In this document: positions 18,454 through 27,844 of the stretch, in pieces | Numbering within the stretch: the first letter of the stretch is position 1 | How the letters are laid out: each line of letters opens with the position of its first letter | Source: an uncultured virus (IMG/VR IMGVR_UViG_3300031612_000002) | Taxonomy: Duplodnaviria > Heunggongvirae > Uroviricota > Caudoviricetes | Virus record (IMG/VR): IMGVR_UViG_3300031612_000002 | Coordinates: 62,001 to 117,470 of that record | Length of the DNA: 55,470 nucleotides | Strand: one strand, 5' to 3' | Program-made: the position numbers and the translations under genes | The notes under the pieces: generated by a model | Told to the model about the DNA's origin: nothing | The model's input: the letters and a program-made list of their open reading frames with translations, nothing else | Database searches by the model: none

Positions 18454-19448
18454 AAATAAACGAAATAGTAGAACCAGCAAAATTAGAATTGCCTGATATA
18501 GAAGTAGGCGATGAGGTATTGGTTGGTAAATTCAAGAATAGTAAAGCGGTAGTAAAGGGATTCACTAAAGACAAGAATAATCATCCTGTTATGAAGACGA
18601 CGAAAGGTGACAAGAAAGTATTTAAGGATCGTCATAGTAAGTTGGTACAAGAAGACCAATCGCCGGCATTGCCAGTTACATCAGTGAAAGATTTATATCA
18701 TGTTGGCACATTAGATGCGTCAAAGAAGCGTGATGGATATGAGGGCGCAGGGTTGAGCGTGAGTACCCATCCAGAAGATTGGAAAAAGATTGCTAGAGGA
18801 CATGTAACTGGGGATACATATAGTGCTATCAAAAATGGAAACAGATTCCTAAATGCACATGCACTTACAGATTCGCATGACGAAGTAATCAAACAATGGG
18901 CAATTGAAAATGAATACTTAGCCCAGCAAGAAACGGTTACAGTATGTGCTTACGATGATGAAATGGAAGATACTTTATGTCAAACATTCACCTCAATGGC
19001 AGATGCAGAATATGAATATGATGGTGAATTAGAACACTATGACGTTGAAGTAGACAAGGGTGGGATTGTTCCAACTGATAAACTGAAAAAAGCAGCAAGA
19101 CAGAAACGCATGGAAGCAACTGGTGTACTAGATTTTGTTCTACCCTTATATGCAGAGCAAGCAGGACTTGATGGAGTATGGTGGCAAGATACGCTAGATG
19201 TAAGTAGATATTCAGCGCCTCGTGGTGTTATTGTTCCTAGCAAAATTGACTCTTGGGAGTTTAAAGTAAACGAATCAATAGTAGAAGATGGAAAGATTGT
19301 ACAGGGCGTTAATACCACAGTAGATGTAAAGCCGGGTGAAACTGAGCGACAAGCAGCAAAGTTCGGAAACAAAATAACAAAGAAGGGTCCGCCTATATTG
19401 GGCGGCAGTTCATCTCATAAATTATTTAATATGGGACTAGGAGAATAA
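18450..19448 (+). CDS. putative internal head polyprotein with ADP-ribosyltransferase-like domain
   Basis: MKINE N-terminus; LYHVGT...GAGLSVSTHP; internal xxE sites; C-terminal GVNTTVDV. Confidence 0.5.
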   Translation: MKINEIVEPAKLELPDIEVGDEVLVGKFKNSKAVVKGFTKDKNNHPVMKTTKGDKKVFKDRHSKLVQEDQSPALPVTSVKDLYHVGTLDASKKRDGYEGAGLSVSTHPEDWKKIARGHVTGDTYSAIKNGNRFLNAHALTDSHDEVIKQWAIENEYLAQQETVTVCAYDDEMEDTLCQTFTSMADAEYEYDGELEHYDVEVDKGGIVPTDKLKKAARQKRMEATGVLDFVLPLYAEQAGLDGVWWQDTLDVSRYSAPRGVIVPSKIDSWEFKVNESIVEDGKIVQGVNTTVDVKPGETERQAAKFGNKITKKGPPILGGSSSHKLFNMGLGE

Positions 19449-19450
19449 GA

Positions 19451-19957
19451 ATGAAAATTAATGAAGTAGTTACCATTAAAGAAGACGCTATGGAAATAGC
19501 AAAGACATTGATGTCATTGTCTGGTGAAGAGATAGTAGCATTAAGCGCAGCATTGACTATGACAGTTCCAGTGTTGAAAGGATTGTTTAAAACTGGTAAA
19601 GGCATCATGAAAGTGAAGCGTATGATGGATAGAGCAAGTGTACGTATCGCTAATGGCATTGTTAACGAAATTGAGTACACCAATGACATTAGACTCGCCG
19701 CAACCACAGATAATGTCTTAGACGAGTCTATAGGAGCATTAATGGGTATGGTGCTTCCATCACATGCAAAGATGTATAATAAAGCAGCAGAAATGATGTC
19801 TAGTTTTCATGTGGAATTCCCATCGTATGGTTTAAACAAACTAGCAGCGTTAGTATCAAGGCGTACTGCACATGATTTTGACAGACGAGCATTGGTGAAG
19901 GTATTTAATAAGCAGTATCCAAATGTAACCATAAGTGAACAAGATATAGAGAAATAA
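19451..19957 (+). CDS. putative internal head protein
   Basis: MKINEVVTIKE N-terminus; GGAG RBS. Confidence 0.6.
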   Translation: MKINEVVTIKEDAMEIAKTLMSLSGEEIVALSAALTMTVPVLKGLFKTGKGIMKVKRMMDRASVRIANGIVNEIEYTNDIRLAATTDNVLDESIGALMGMVLPSHAKMYNKAAEMMSSFHVEFPSYGLNKLAALVSRRTAHDFDRRALVKVFNKQYPNVTISEQDIEK

Positions 19958-20337
19958 TGAATATTACTGTATGTAGATTAAAGGCTACTGATGTATATAA
20001 ACTGCAAGCCATCGTAAAGAAAGATATAGCAGAAGCAGCATACATCACGTGGCCATTTACAAAAGAAGTAGCGTTATCATTTATTACTGAGTATAATACA
20101 TGGGGTATTTGGATTAACGGTGGTATACTTGCAGGTGCAATAGAGATAAAAGATACACACGAGACTGCATATTTGGTTGCAAGTATATATCAAAATAATG
20201 GTATAGCGACCGCAGCGATTAAGGAAATAAAAGAAATATTTTACGATAGACAATTGTGGTGCATGATTAACCCAGATAATAAAGCGAGTTTAAAAGTTGC
20301 AAATAATGCAAAGATGAGAGTTCAATTTTATAGATAA
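19957..20337 (+). CDS. GNAT acetyltransferase (RimJ/RimL-like)
   Basis: YQNNGIAT (QxxGxA), INPDNKASLKV. Confidence 0.8.
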   Translation: MNITVCRLKATDVYKLQAIVKKDIAEAAYITWPFTKEVALSFITEYNTWGIWINGGILAGAIEIKDTHETAYLVASIYQNNGIATAAIKEIKEIFYDRQLWCMINPDNKASLKVANNAKMRVQFYR

Positions 20338-20360
20338 ATAGTTATGTAGGGAGACAATTT

Positions 20361-20594
20361 ATGGCTAACAAGAAAGTAGAACACCATGACATCGAAGATT
20401 TACATGGTCCTATGAATAGTGTTGCAAAAGAAGATGCAAAAATATGGACAGGACTAGAACATAAAGACGAAGAAGATTATGAATTATATGAACATAGGAC
20501 AGTAGTTGCAAAGAAACAGAAAGCGAAGAAGTCTAGCAAAAAGCAAGATAGACGTATATCGAAGCAATTAGTTAAGCAAACAGATAAGGAGTAA
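20361..20594 (+). CDS. hypothetical protein with basic C-terminus
   Basis: TAAATA 20335, GGGAG RBS. Confidence 0.7.
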   Translation: MANKKVEHHDIEDLHGPMNSVAKEDAKIWTGLEHKDEEDYELYEHRTVVAKKQKAKKSSKKQDRRISKQLVKQTDKE

Positions 20595-20619
20595 AGTGCA
20601 TTATTGCATAAATAATATT

Positions 20620-20823
20620 ATGAAAATTAATGAAATTATAAGTGAAGAGGCAGCAGCAGGTGATACAATGGCAGGCAATATAGCCAGTGTTTCGTTTCCA
20701 ATGACTCCCGGAACTACCAAAATGGCTTCTAGAAAGGCAGTTGATCCGAAAGGACATTTAGGTTCAGGAAAATCAAATAAATCATTTAAAGGCTTTAGGC
20801 AATACAAACTGGATAAGAAATAG
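20620..20823 (+). CDS. putative internal head protein (leaderless late mRNA)
   Basis: TAAATA-N5-ATG; MKINEIISEEAAAGDT. Confidence 0.65.
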   Translation: MKINEIISEEAAAGDTMAGNIASVSFPMTPGTTKMASRKAVDPKGHLGSGKSNKSFKGFRQYKLDKK

Positions 20824-20825
20824 AA

Positions 20826-21863
20826 ATGAGATTTAATCAATTAAGTGAAAACACAAAAATAAAGAAAAAAGACCTTGCGAATTGGAATCACATGTACGGC
20901 GCAGATGCAATAGAATATGGAACTGAGATTATAAATCTATATAATATACACGATTCTAGTGAGCAGCAGTTTATTATAGAAATTATTGATTCATATACTG
21001 ATGAATTTGATATACGAGATCCAGCGGATCGTAAGAAGTTATCAAGTAAGATGAAAAAATGGTGGCGCAAGATGTCAGGTAAATCAATAAAGCATGGCAG
21101 CCAATTTGATGAATCTGGTAAAAACTCAACATTACCGTTATCACAAGAAGTTTCTAACTTGATTGGACGTGGTGATACAGTTTATATTGAAATTGATGAT
21201 ACTAATGTAGCAGAAATAGTAGGAGTCAATCTTGATAAAGATAAGCGAACAGTAATTGTAGGATTTGGTAAATCTAGAAAATCTATCCCAGTACATAACG
21301 ACACATACAGAATTGATGATAGCCAAGGCTACAACGTAATTCGTAAAATTGAAGAATCAACCAAACAGGAAATCCCCATGACAAACAAAAAAATTAACGA
21401 AGGCGTATTAAGTGAAGAAGAAGACACTGGTGTAATGGCTAAGTACACATTGTACATGCTTGCAAAAAGTGCAACACGTCTACACAAAATGGTACAAGAT
21501 GAAGAAGAAGTATCACAAGAAGTGCTTGATAAGTTACGCGCAGCGTACGAGATCATTACTGAGATCAAGACAGGTTACGATGCAGTTAAATCTCTTGAAA
21601 ATCTACCACTAGCACCAACTGTAGTAGGTGTTACAGAAGAAGAAGCATTGCGTCCGTATAAAGTGCTTCATGTAAAGAAGCAACCAATTGAAGTTAAAGC
21701 ATCTACTAGTTATGAAGCAGCAACCAAAGCAGCAGCGATTTGGAAATTAAAATCAACGGCTGGTGTATCAGCATATTTGCTAGATACTGTACATGTTGCA
21801 GAACAGGCATCATCTATGTTTGAATCTGCTAGAAAGAAAGCAAAATTAAACGCGAAAAAGTAA
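20826..21863 (+). CDS. putative internal head polyprotein
   Basis: MRFNQLSE N-terminus; internal FDES, IEES, INEG, MFES sites. Confidence 0.6.
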   Translation: MRFNQLSENTKIKKKDLANWNHMYGADAIEYGTEIINLYNIHDSSEQQFIIEIIDSYTDEFDIRDPADRKKLSSKMKKWWRKMSGKSIKHGSQFDESGKNSTLPLSQEVSNLIGRGDTVYIEIDDTNVAEIVGVNLDKDKRTVIVGFGKSRKSIPVHNDTYRIDDSQGYNVIRKIEESTKQEIPMTNKKINEGVLSEEEDTGVMAKYTLYMLAKSATRLHKMVQDEEEVSQEVLDKLRAAYEIITEIKTGYDAVKSLENLPLAPTVVGVTEEEALRPYKVLHVKKQPIEVKASTSYEAATKAAAIWKLKSTAGVSAYLLDTVHVAEQASSMFESARKKAKLNAKK

Positions 21864-22024
21864 TGTTTGAACCCTCACTGGAAAGTAAGACAGAATGCAA
21901 GCAATGTGGTGGAATCTGTCATGGACACGCCGCAAAATATCGCACACTAACCATCTTGGGCGAACCGCCTAGACGAATTAAAGTGTGTGATTCATGTCAG
22001 TGCAATAAGTGCATACCATCTTAA
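21863..22024 (+). CDS. small Cys/His-rich metal-binding protein (53 aa, not in ORF track)
   Basis: CKQCGGICHGH...CDSCQCNKC; TAATG coupling. Confidence 0.6.
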   Translation: MFEPSLESKTECKQCGGICHGHAAKYRTLTILGEPPRRIKVCDSCQCNKCIPS

Positions 22025-22037
22025 TAAGAGAACTATT

Positions 22038-23039
22038 ATGAAAGCAATACAATTTTTACAAGAAGCATCGCTAACTCAACAAGAGTTACGCAAATATGGA
22101 GGCAAACGTTTGGAAACATTCATAGCAAAAATCCAATCGGGTTCTCCATTTGTAAAAGTTGGAGAGACTGAGCCATCTATTGTGTTAGTTAATGATTCAG
22201 ATGTGATTGAGCGTTTGCAGAAGAATGATATACCAGCGATATTTGAGTTGGTAGATGGTGGTTCAATACGACTCACTCAATTACTGAAAACAAAAGAATT
22301 CGGTGGTATTGGTAGTAAAAAAGAAACTTCTGAAAAGCAAGAATATGGTTTAATAAACATTATCAATAATAACCCAGGCAGTGTTATTGACACAATGGGT
22401 ATTACAGCGCAGTCATCCCGTAGTAATGAGGGAATGAATGCAATGAACAAAGAACGATACATTGATATATTCATAACTGATAGTACTGGTAAAGATTATG
22501 GTATCTCAATGAAAGGAACAACTGCTCCTTCATTAGGTGGTGGTGGTGCAGCGGGCATTAATTCAGTAGCCCCAGATTTATTCAAAAAGATATTCGCAAG
22601 AATTGAAGAGTTTATGAAGAATGAATTGGGATTAAGCAATGGTGATATTATCGCAGCAAAGCATATTCCAGAAATATTTGTTCGTGTACCAGATGATTAT
22701 GTAGAAAGCATCATGAGAGGTAACGAAGAAATGGGCGGTCCTATTGATTATATGTATGTGGGTCCTATGAATGCTATTGGTGAAGTTGGTGATAATAATA
22801 TATTGAATTTAAATGGAAAATTCTATACAGTAGAAGAGTATATTAATAAAATAGGTAATTTCTATTTTAGAATGCGTAAGCGTGACTTAGCAGATAACCA
22901 GACAGTTCAAGTAGCATATGATGAAAAAAATACATTAGGCTTGTCTAAGTTATTAAAGAATCCAGAAACGCATAAAAACAATTTAAGACTAGTGGTTACT
23001 AATGCACCATTTTCCACTGGAGTTGTATTAGACTTGTAG
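22038..23039 (+). CDS. PD-(D/E)XK nuclease-like protein, putative internal head protein
   Basis: MKAIQFLQE N-terminus; KTKEFGG; IDIFI...YGISMKG. Confidence 0.55.
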   Translation: MKAIQFLQEASLTQQELRKYGGKRLETFIAKIQSGSPFVKVGETEPSIVLVNDSDVIERLQKNDIPAIFELVDGGSIRLTQLLKTKEFGGIGSKKETSEKQEYGLINIINNNPGSVIDTMGITAQSSRSNEGMNAMNKERYIDIFITDSTGKDYGISMKGTTAPSLGGGGAAGINSVAPDLFKKIFARIEEFMKNELGLSNGDIIAAKHIPEIFVRVPDDYVESIMRGNEEMGGPIDYMYVGPMNAIGEVGDNNILNLNGKFYTVEEYINKIGNFYFRMRKRDLADNQTVQVAYDEKNTLGLSKLLKNPETHKNNLRLVVTNAPFSTGVVLDL

Positions 23040-23102
23040 TATCCCTTGATTGCACTACTCAGTGCAATTATCATTCTCTTTGTAAATAACCTAAAAAATC
23101 AA

Positions 23103-23131
23103 TTGACAACTCTGTGTTTATAGTGTATTAT
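23103..23131 (+). promoter_or_regulatory. sigma70-type promoter for replication genes
   Basis: TTGACA-N17-TATTAT. Confidence 0.7.
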
Positions 23132-23184
23132 AGTGTAATGCATTGACTAATATGCATATTCATTAATTTAAAGAGAATATCAAA

Positions 23185-23439
23185 ATGGCTCATTTTTCAC
23201 CAGAAGACGTAAAAAAACTAAAGCAAATTATCACTGAAGGCATGCATATCACAGAAGAAGTGAATGTGTTAAAAGAAGGTCTAAAGGATACCGTAGCAGC
23301 AATTGCAGAAGAACTAGATGTAAAACCTGCAATTCTAAACAAAGCAATCCGTATTGCATATAAATCAGAATTTCAAAAGAACCGTGAAGATTTCAGTGAA
23401 CTGGAAGATATCCTTGAGATCACTGGACGCACTCTGTAA
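23185..23439 (+). CDS. dsDNA-binding protein (T4 DsbA / GapR-like)
   Basis: 84 aa helical; LKDTVAAIAEELDVKPAILNKAIRIAYK; directly upstream of the polymerase. Confidence 0.65.
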   Translation: MAHFSPEDVKKLKQIITEGMHITEEVNVLKEGLKDTVAAIAEELDVKPAILNKAIRIAYKSEFQKNREDFSELEDILEITGRTL

Positions 23440-26082
23440 ATGAGTTATGTCGACGGGTTAATTGATCGTGACAAGGATATCATTCATGTGGTGGAACGTG
23501 TGAATGGTGTCCGTCGTTTTCTTGAATATCCTGCGCATCATACATTGTACTATCCGTCACCGAAGGGAAAATATACTTCGATCTTTGGTGATTCGTTAGA
23601 GCGAGTGGTGTGTAATTCTGGTCGTAAATTTGCCGCAGAGAAGAAGTTGCATCATCGTAAAGGTTTATTTGAGAGTGACACAAACCCAGTGTTTCGATGT
23701 CTCGCAGATAATTATCTTGATGCTGAACCACCCACACTCAACGTAGCATTATTCGATATCGAGACAGACTTTAATAAAGAGATAGGTTATGCGCCGCCAG
23801 ATGATCCGTTTAACGCGATTACTGCTATATCGGTGCATATGAGTTGGATGAAACAAACAGTGTGTTTGGCAATCAAGCCTAGTACAATGACTGAGGAAGA
23901 TGCACAAGCGATTGTTGATAGGTTTGACAATGCTATCTTGTGTGAGACTGAAGAGTCAATGTTGATATCATTCTTGGAGTTAATTCAAGAAGCAGATGTG
24001 TTGACGGGTTGGAACAGTGAGGGATTTGATATTCCGTATACAGTAAATCGTATAGCGCGTATATTGAGTAAGAGTCACACACGACAATTATGTTTATGGG
24101 ATCAGTTTCCAAAGCAGAAAGAAGTTGTTAAATACGGAAAAGAAACACAGACATATGATTTGATTGGTCGTATACATCTTGATTATCTTGAATTGTATCG
24201 TAAATATACATATCACGAAATGCACTCATACTCATTGGATGCTATATGTGAATATGAATTAGGTGATCAAAAGGTTGAATACGAAGGAACACTAGATCAA
24301 TTATACCATAATGACTTTTTTAAGTTCATTCAGTATAGTATACAAGATGTTGACTTGATGGTTCGATTAGATGAGAAACTTCAATTTATTGATTTGGCAA
24401 ATCTTATTGCACACTCAAACACTGTTCTACTACCAACAACAATGGGATCAGTTGCACAGATTGATCAGGCAATCATTAATGAAGCACATGCAAACGGTTT
24501 AATTGTACCTGACAAGAAGCGTGGAGAAAAGCCTATTGCAGCAGCAGGAGCGTATGTAGCAACTCCTGTGAAGGGTGTTCATAGAGACATCGCATCAATT
24601 GACTTGAATTCATTATATCCGTCTATCTTGCGTGCATGTAATATGTCTACCGAGACAATTATTGGTCAGATAAAGCACACACATACTAGACAGATGCTTG
24701 AAGAGCATGACTTAAACGTACCAAAGGCTTGGGAAGGTAGATTTGCTTGTATAGAATATGAAATGGTTATGGAAAAGAACACCACGTCATTACTGACACT
24801 TGAATTTGAAGATGGTACTGCTCATACTTTATCTGGTGCAGAAATCTACGAACTTGTATTTGAAAGTGATCAACCTTGGATACTTACAGCAAACGGTACA
24901 TTATTCACACATGAGAAGAAAGGCATTGTTCCACAATTGCTTGAAACTTGGTATGCAGAACGAAAGGTACTACAAGCAAAAGCACGTGATTCTCGCGATG
25001 AAGGTGGCGATAAATTTGCATATTGGGATAAACGACAGTTAGTTAAAAAGATCTTGCTTAACTCATTGTATGGTGCCCTACTAAACCCTGGATCTCGTTT
25101 CTTTGATGAGCGATTGGGTCAGTCGACTACACTGACAGGTCGTTGCATTGCTCGACATATGTCTGCGAAAGTGAATGAAGTTATTGCTGGTGAATACAAT
25201 CACGTAGGTAAATCTATTGTATATGGTGATACTGACTCTGCGTACTTTAGTGCATATCCTATCCTAAAAGATCAAATCGAAGATGGTTCGATTAACTGGG
25301 ATAAAGATACAATGATTGCGTATTACGATGCGGTATGCGAAGAGGTTGATACTTCTTTTGCTAAATTCATGCAAGACACATTCCATGCTACACACGCGTT
25401 AGGAACGATCATCGCAGCGGGTCGTGAAGTTGTTGCGAGTTCTGGTCTCTTTGTAAAAAAGAAGCGTTATGCACTTATGGTGATTGACGACGAGGGAAAG
25501 CGAACTGATGTAGATGACAAGCCCGGCAAAATCAAAGCGATGGGACTTGACTTGAAGCGTAGTGATACACCTAAGTTCATGCAAGAGTTCTTGAAAGAGA
25601 TTCTTGAAATGGTACTAACCAGTGTTGACGAGCCTATCGTAATAGATCGTATTGTGGCATTCCGTAGTGAGTTCAGGGCAATGGATAGTTGGCAGAAGGG
25701 TACACCTAAGCGTGTAAACAACTTGACTAATCATACAAAGAAATATAATAAGATTGGTAAGTGTGGTGTTGGTCATGCGATGGCAGCAATCAATTGGAAT
25801 CGTTTGAAACATATCAATGATGATGCATATAGTATTGATATCACTGATGGTATGAAAACGATTGTGTGTAAGTTGAAGAAGAATCCGATGGGTATGACTA
25901 GTATTGGTTATCCTACTGACACTAAGCGTATTCCTGATTGGTTTAAAGAACTACCATTCGATGATGGATTAATGGAAGAAACTATTATCACCAAGAAGAT
26001 TGAAAATCTAATCGGTGTGTTGAAATGGGATTTGCAATCAGCAGCAGCGAATAACACATTCTCTGATTTATTTGAATTTTGA
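23440..26082 (+). CDS. polB: family B DNA polymerase
   Basis: Exo DIETD, GWNSEGFD; pol DLNSLYPS, KILLNSLYG, YGDTDS, KKRY; uninterrupted. Confidence 0.97.
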   Translation: MSYVDGLIDRDKDIIHVVERVNGVRRFLEYPAHHTLYYPSPKGKYTSIFGDSLERVVCNSGRKFAAEKKLHHRKGLFESDTNPVFRCLADNYLDAEPPTLNVALFDIETDFNKEIGYAPPDDPFNAITAISVHMSWMKQTVCLAIKPSTMTEEDAQAIVDRFDNAILCETEESMLISFLELIQEADVLTGWNSEGFDIPYTVNRIARILSKSHTRQLCLWDQFPKQKEVVKYGKETQTYDLIGRIHLDYLELYRKYTYHEMHSYSLDAICEYELGDQKVEYEGTLDQLYHNDFFKFIQYSIQDVDLMVRLDEKLQFIDLANLIAHSNTVLLPTTMGSVAQIDQAIINEAHANGLIVPDKKRGEKPIAAAGAYVATPVKGVHRDIASIDLNSLYPSILRACNMSTETIIGQIKHTHTRQMLEEHDLNVPKAWEGRFACIEYEMVMEKNTTSLLTLEFEDGTAHTLSGAEIYELVFESDQPWILTANGTLFTHEKKGIVPQLLETWYAERKVLQAKARDSRDEGGDKFAYWDKRQLVKKILLNSLYGALLNPGSRFFDERLGQSTTLTGRCIARHMSAKVNEVIAGEYNHVGKSIVYGDTDSAYFSAYPILKDQIEDGSINWDKDTMIAYYDAVCEEVDTSFAKFMQDTFHATHALGTIIAAGREVVASSGLFVKKKRYALMVIDDEGKRTDVDDKPGKIKAMGLDLKRSDTPKFMQEFLKEILEMVLTSVDEPIVIDRIVAFRSEFRAMDSWQKGTPKRVNNLTNHTKKYNKIGKCGVGHAMAAINWNRLKHINDDAYSIDITDGMKTIVCKLKKNPMGMTSIGYPTDTKRIPDWFKELPFDDGLMEETIITKKIENLIGVLKWDLQSAAANNTFSDLFEF

Positions 26083-26197
26083 TAATGTTTCCTAAGCACG
26101 AACAATATAGGTATCTTTATATTCTACGCTCCCATTGGTGGAATATTCAGATTACTTGTTGGTTATACAAATACAATGCAATACAAGAGGTAAAGAA

Positions 26198-27343
26198 ATG
26201 GAAAGAACAATTTTTGAAACAGAACACAATCTAATCCGAGATGCAGTGCGTAGTTTTGCGACTGAGCATATTGCTCCATTCTATGAGCAATGGGAAGAAG
26301 ATGGTCAAGTAGATCGTGAAATGTGGCGTAAAGCAGGTGAAGCGGGATTATTATCACCTAATGTATCAGCAGAGTTTGGTGGAATGGAAGCAGATTTCCG
26401 AGTCAACGCTGTCATCGGTGAAGAACTATCAGCGATGGGATTTATTAGTCCAGCGGTAGGTTTTAGTATTCATTCGGATATCACTGTTCCATATATAATG
26501 AATTATGGTACACAAGAACAAAAAGAAAAATATCTTCCGGGATGTATTACGGGCGATATTGTATTAGCACTTGCTATGTCAGAACCAGCAGCAGGATCAG
26601 ATTTGCAAGGTATTAAAACGACAGCAGTAAAAGATGGCAACGATTATATATTGAATGGTTCTAAAGTATTCATTACTAATGGTCAACATGCTGATCTAGT
26701 GTTAGTAGTTGCAAAGACTGATTCGACAGCGGGCGCAAAGGGAATTTCTCTATTCTTAGTAGAAGCAGATAGTGTCGGATTCTCTCGTGGTCAGAACTTG
26801 AAGAAGATCGGATTACATTCGCAAGATACTTCTGAATTATTTTTTGATAATGTTCGCGTTCCAGTAGAGAACCTATTGGGAAGTGAAGGTATGGGTTTCA
26901 TTATGCTTATGAGTGAATTACCAACCGAGCGTATGTCAGTATCGGTAGGTGCTATTGCATCAGCACAGTCTATTCTACAGCAGACTATTGCATATACAGC
27001 AGAGCGTAAAGCATTTGGCAAACCTATTGCAGTTTTTCAGAACACTCAGTTCAAGTTAGCAGAAATGGATACTGACATTACAGTAGCACAAGTGTTCGTT
27101 GATCGTTGTCTTGAACTGTTAGTAGAAGGTAAGTTAGATGATGTTACGGCAGCAAAAGTAAAGTTGATGACTTCTGAACTACAATGTAAAGTGATTGATG
27201 AGTGTTTACAATTACATGGTGGTTATGGATATATGATGGAATATCCAGTGGCGAGAGCATTCCTTGATTCACGCGTTCAGCGTATATATGCAGGCACGAG
27301 CGAGATTATGAAAGTAATAATTTCTCGTAATTTATTTTCATAA
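26198..27343 (+). CDS. acyl-CoA dehydrogenase (long-chain type)
   Basis: AMSEPAAGSD, NGSKVFITNG, RKAFGKPI, QLHGGYGYM, RIYAGTSEIMK; GAGG RBS. Confidence 0.93.
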   Translation: MERTIFETEHNLIRDAVRSFATEHIAPFYEQWEEDGQVDREMWRKAGEAGLLSPNVSAEFGGMEADFRVNAVIGEELSAMGFISPAVGFSIHSDITVPYIMNYGTQEQKEKYLPGCITGDIVLALAMSEPAAGSDLQGIKTTAVKDGNDYILNGSKVFITNGQHADLVLVVAKTDSTAGAKGISLFLVEADSVGFSRGQNLKKIGLHSQDTSELFFDNVRVPVENLLGSEGMGFIMLMSELPTERMSVSVGAIASAQSILQQTIAYTAERKAFGKPIAVFQNTQFKLAEMDTDITVAQVFVDRCLELLVEGKLDDVTAAKVKLMTSELQCKVIDECLQLHGGYGYMMEYPVARAFLDSRVQRIYAGTSEIMKVIISRNLFS

Positions 27344-27359
27344 AAATACTTGAAAACGC

Positions 27360-27424
27360 TTGACAAAAGTAAGGATTCTTGATATAATTATTAAGTAAGT
27401 TAATAAAGCAAAGCGAGAAAGATT
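27360..27424 (+). promoter_or_regulatory. early promoter cassette, diverged copy
   Basis: TTGACA..GTAAGG..TATAAT..TAAGTTAATAAAG. Confidence 0.8.
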
Positions 27425-27754
27425 ATGAATACTGTACTTAGCACTGAAATGAATACCTTGTTAGACAACATCAAAGCAGACTACTTGTTTGTTGGTGGTA
27501 AGTCTGAAATTCGTCAGCGCATGACTAAAGACTTCAATGATGGGTTGTCTTACAAAGTTGGTAAAAAATACATAAAAGTAATGACTGATCGTGCTGTATG
27601 GGGCTTCGTTGTTAATGTTGATGATGATGTTAAATTTAAAAAAGGCGATATCTTAATGGCAGCAGGTTATTCTACTCCAGCACGCAATAAGCCTCGTGGT
27701 AACATTGTTGATGGTGGTTATACTGTTCAATGGACAGGTCCGCGTTATCTTTAA
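27425..27754 (+). CDS. conserved early phage protein
   Basis: GKKYIKV...VWGFV...GDILMAAGYSTPARNKPRGNI...WTGPRYL. Confidence 0.75.
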   Translation: MNTVLSTEMNTLLDNIKADYLFVGGKSEIRQRMTKDFNDGLSYKVGKKYIKVMTDRAVWGFVVNVDDDVKFKKGDILMAAGYSTPARNKPRGNIVDGGYTVQWTGPRYL

Positions 27755-27771
27755 ATAGTTGTCGAAAAGAG

Positions 27772-27800
27772 TTGACAGTCTCTCAGTTATTTGTTATAAT
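27772..27800 (+). promoter_or_regulatory. early sigma70 promoter
   Basis: TTGACA-N17-TATAAT. Confidence 0.8.
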
Positions 27801-27844
27801 TATTAAGTAAATTAAATTAAGTAAATCCTAAAAGGAAAAGTATT

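Noticed and set aside
23440..26082. Intein or intron in the DNA polymerase
   Set aside because: Continuous 880-aa ORF with all motifs and no splice-junction signatures
26085..26234. 49-aa ORF overlapping the start of the acyl-CoA dehydrogenase
   Set aside because: No RBS or motif; cannot be supported
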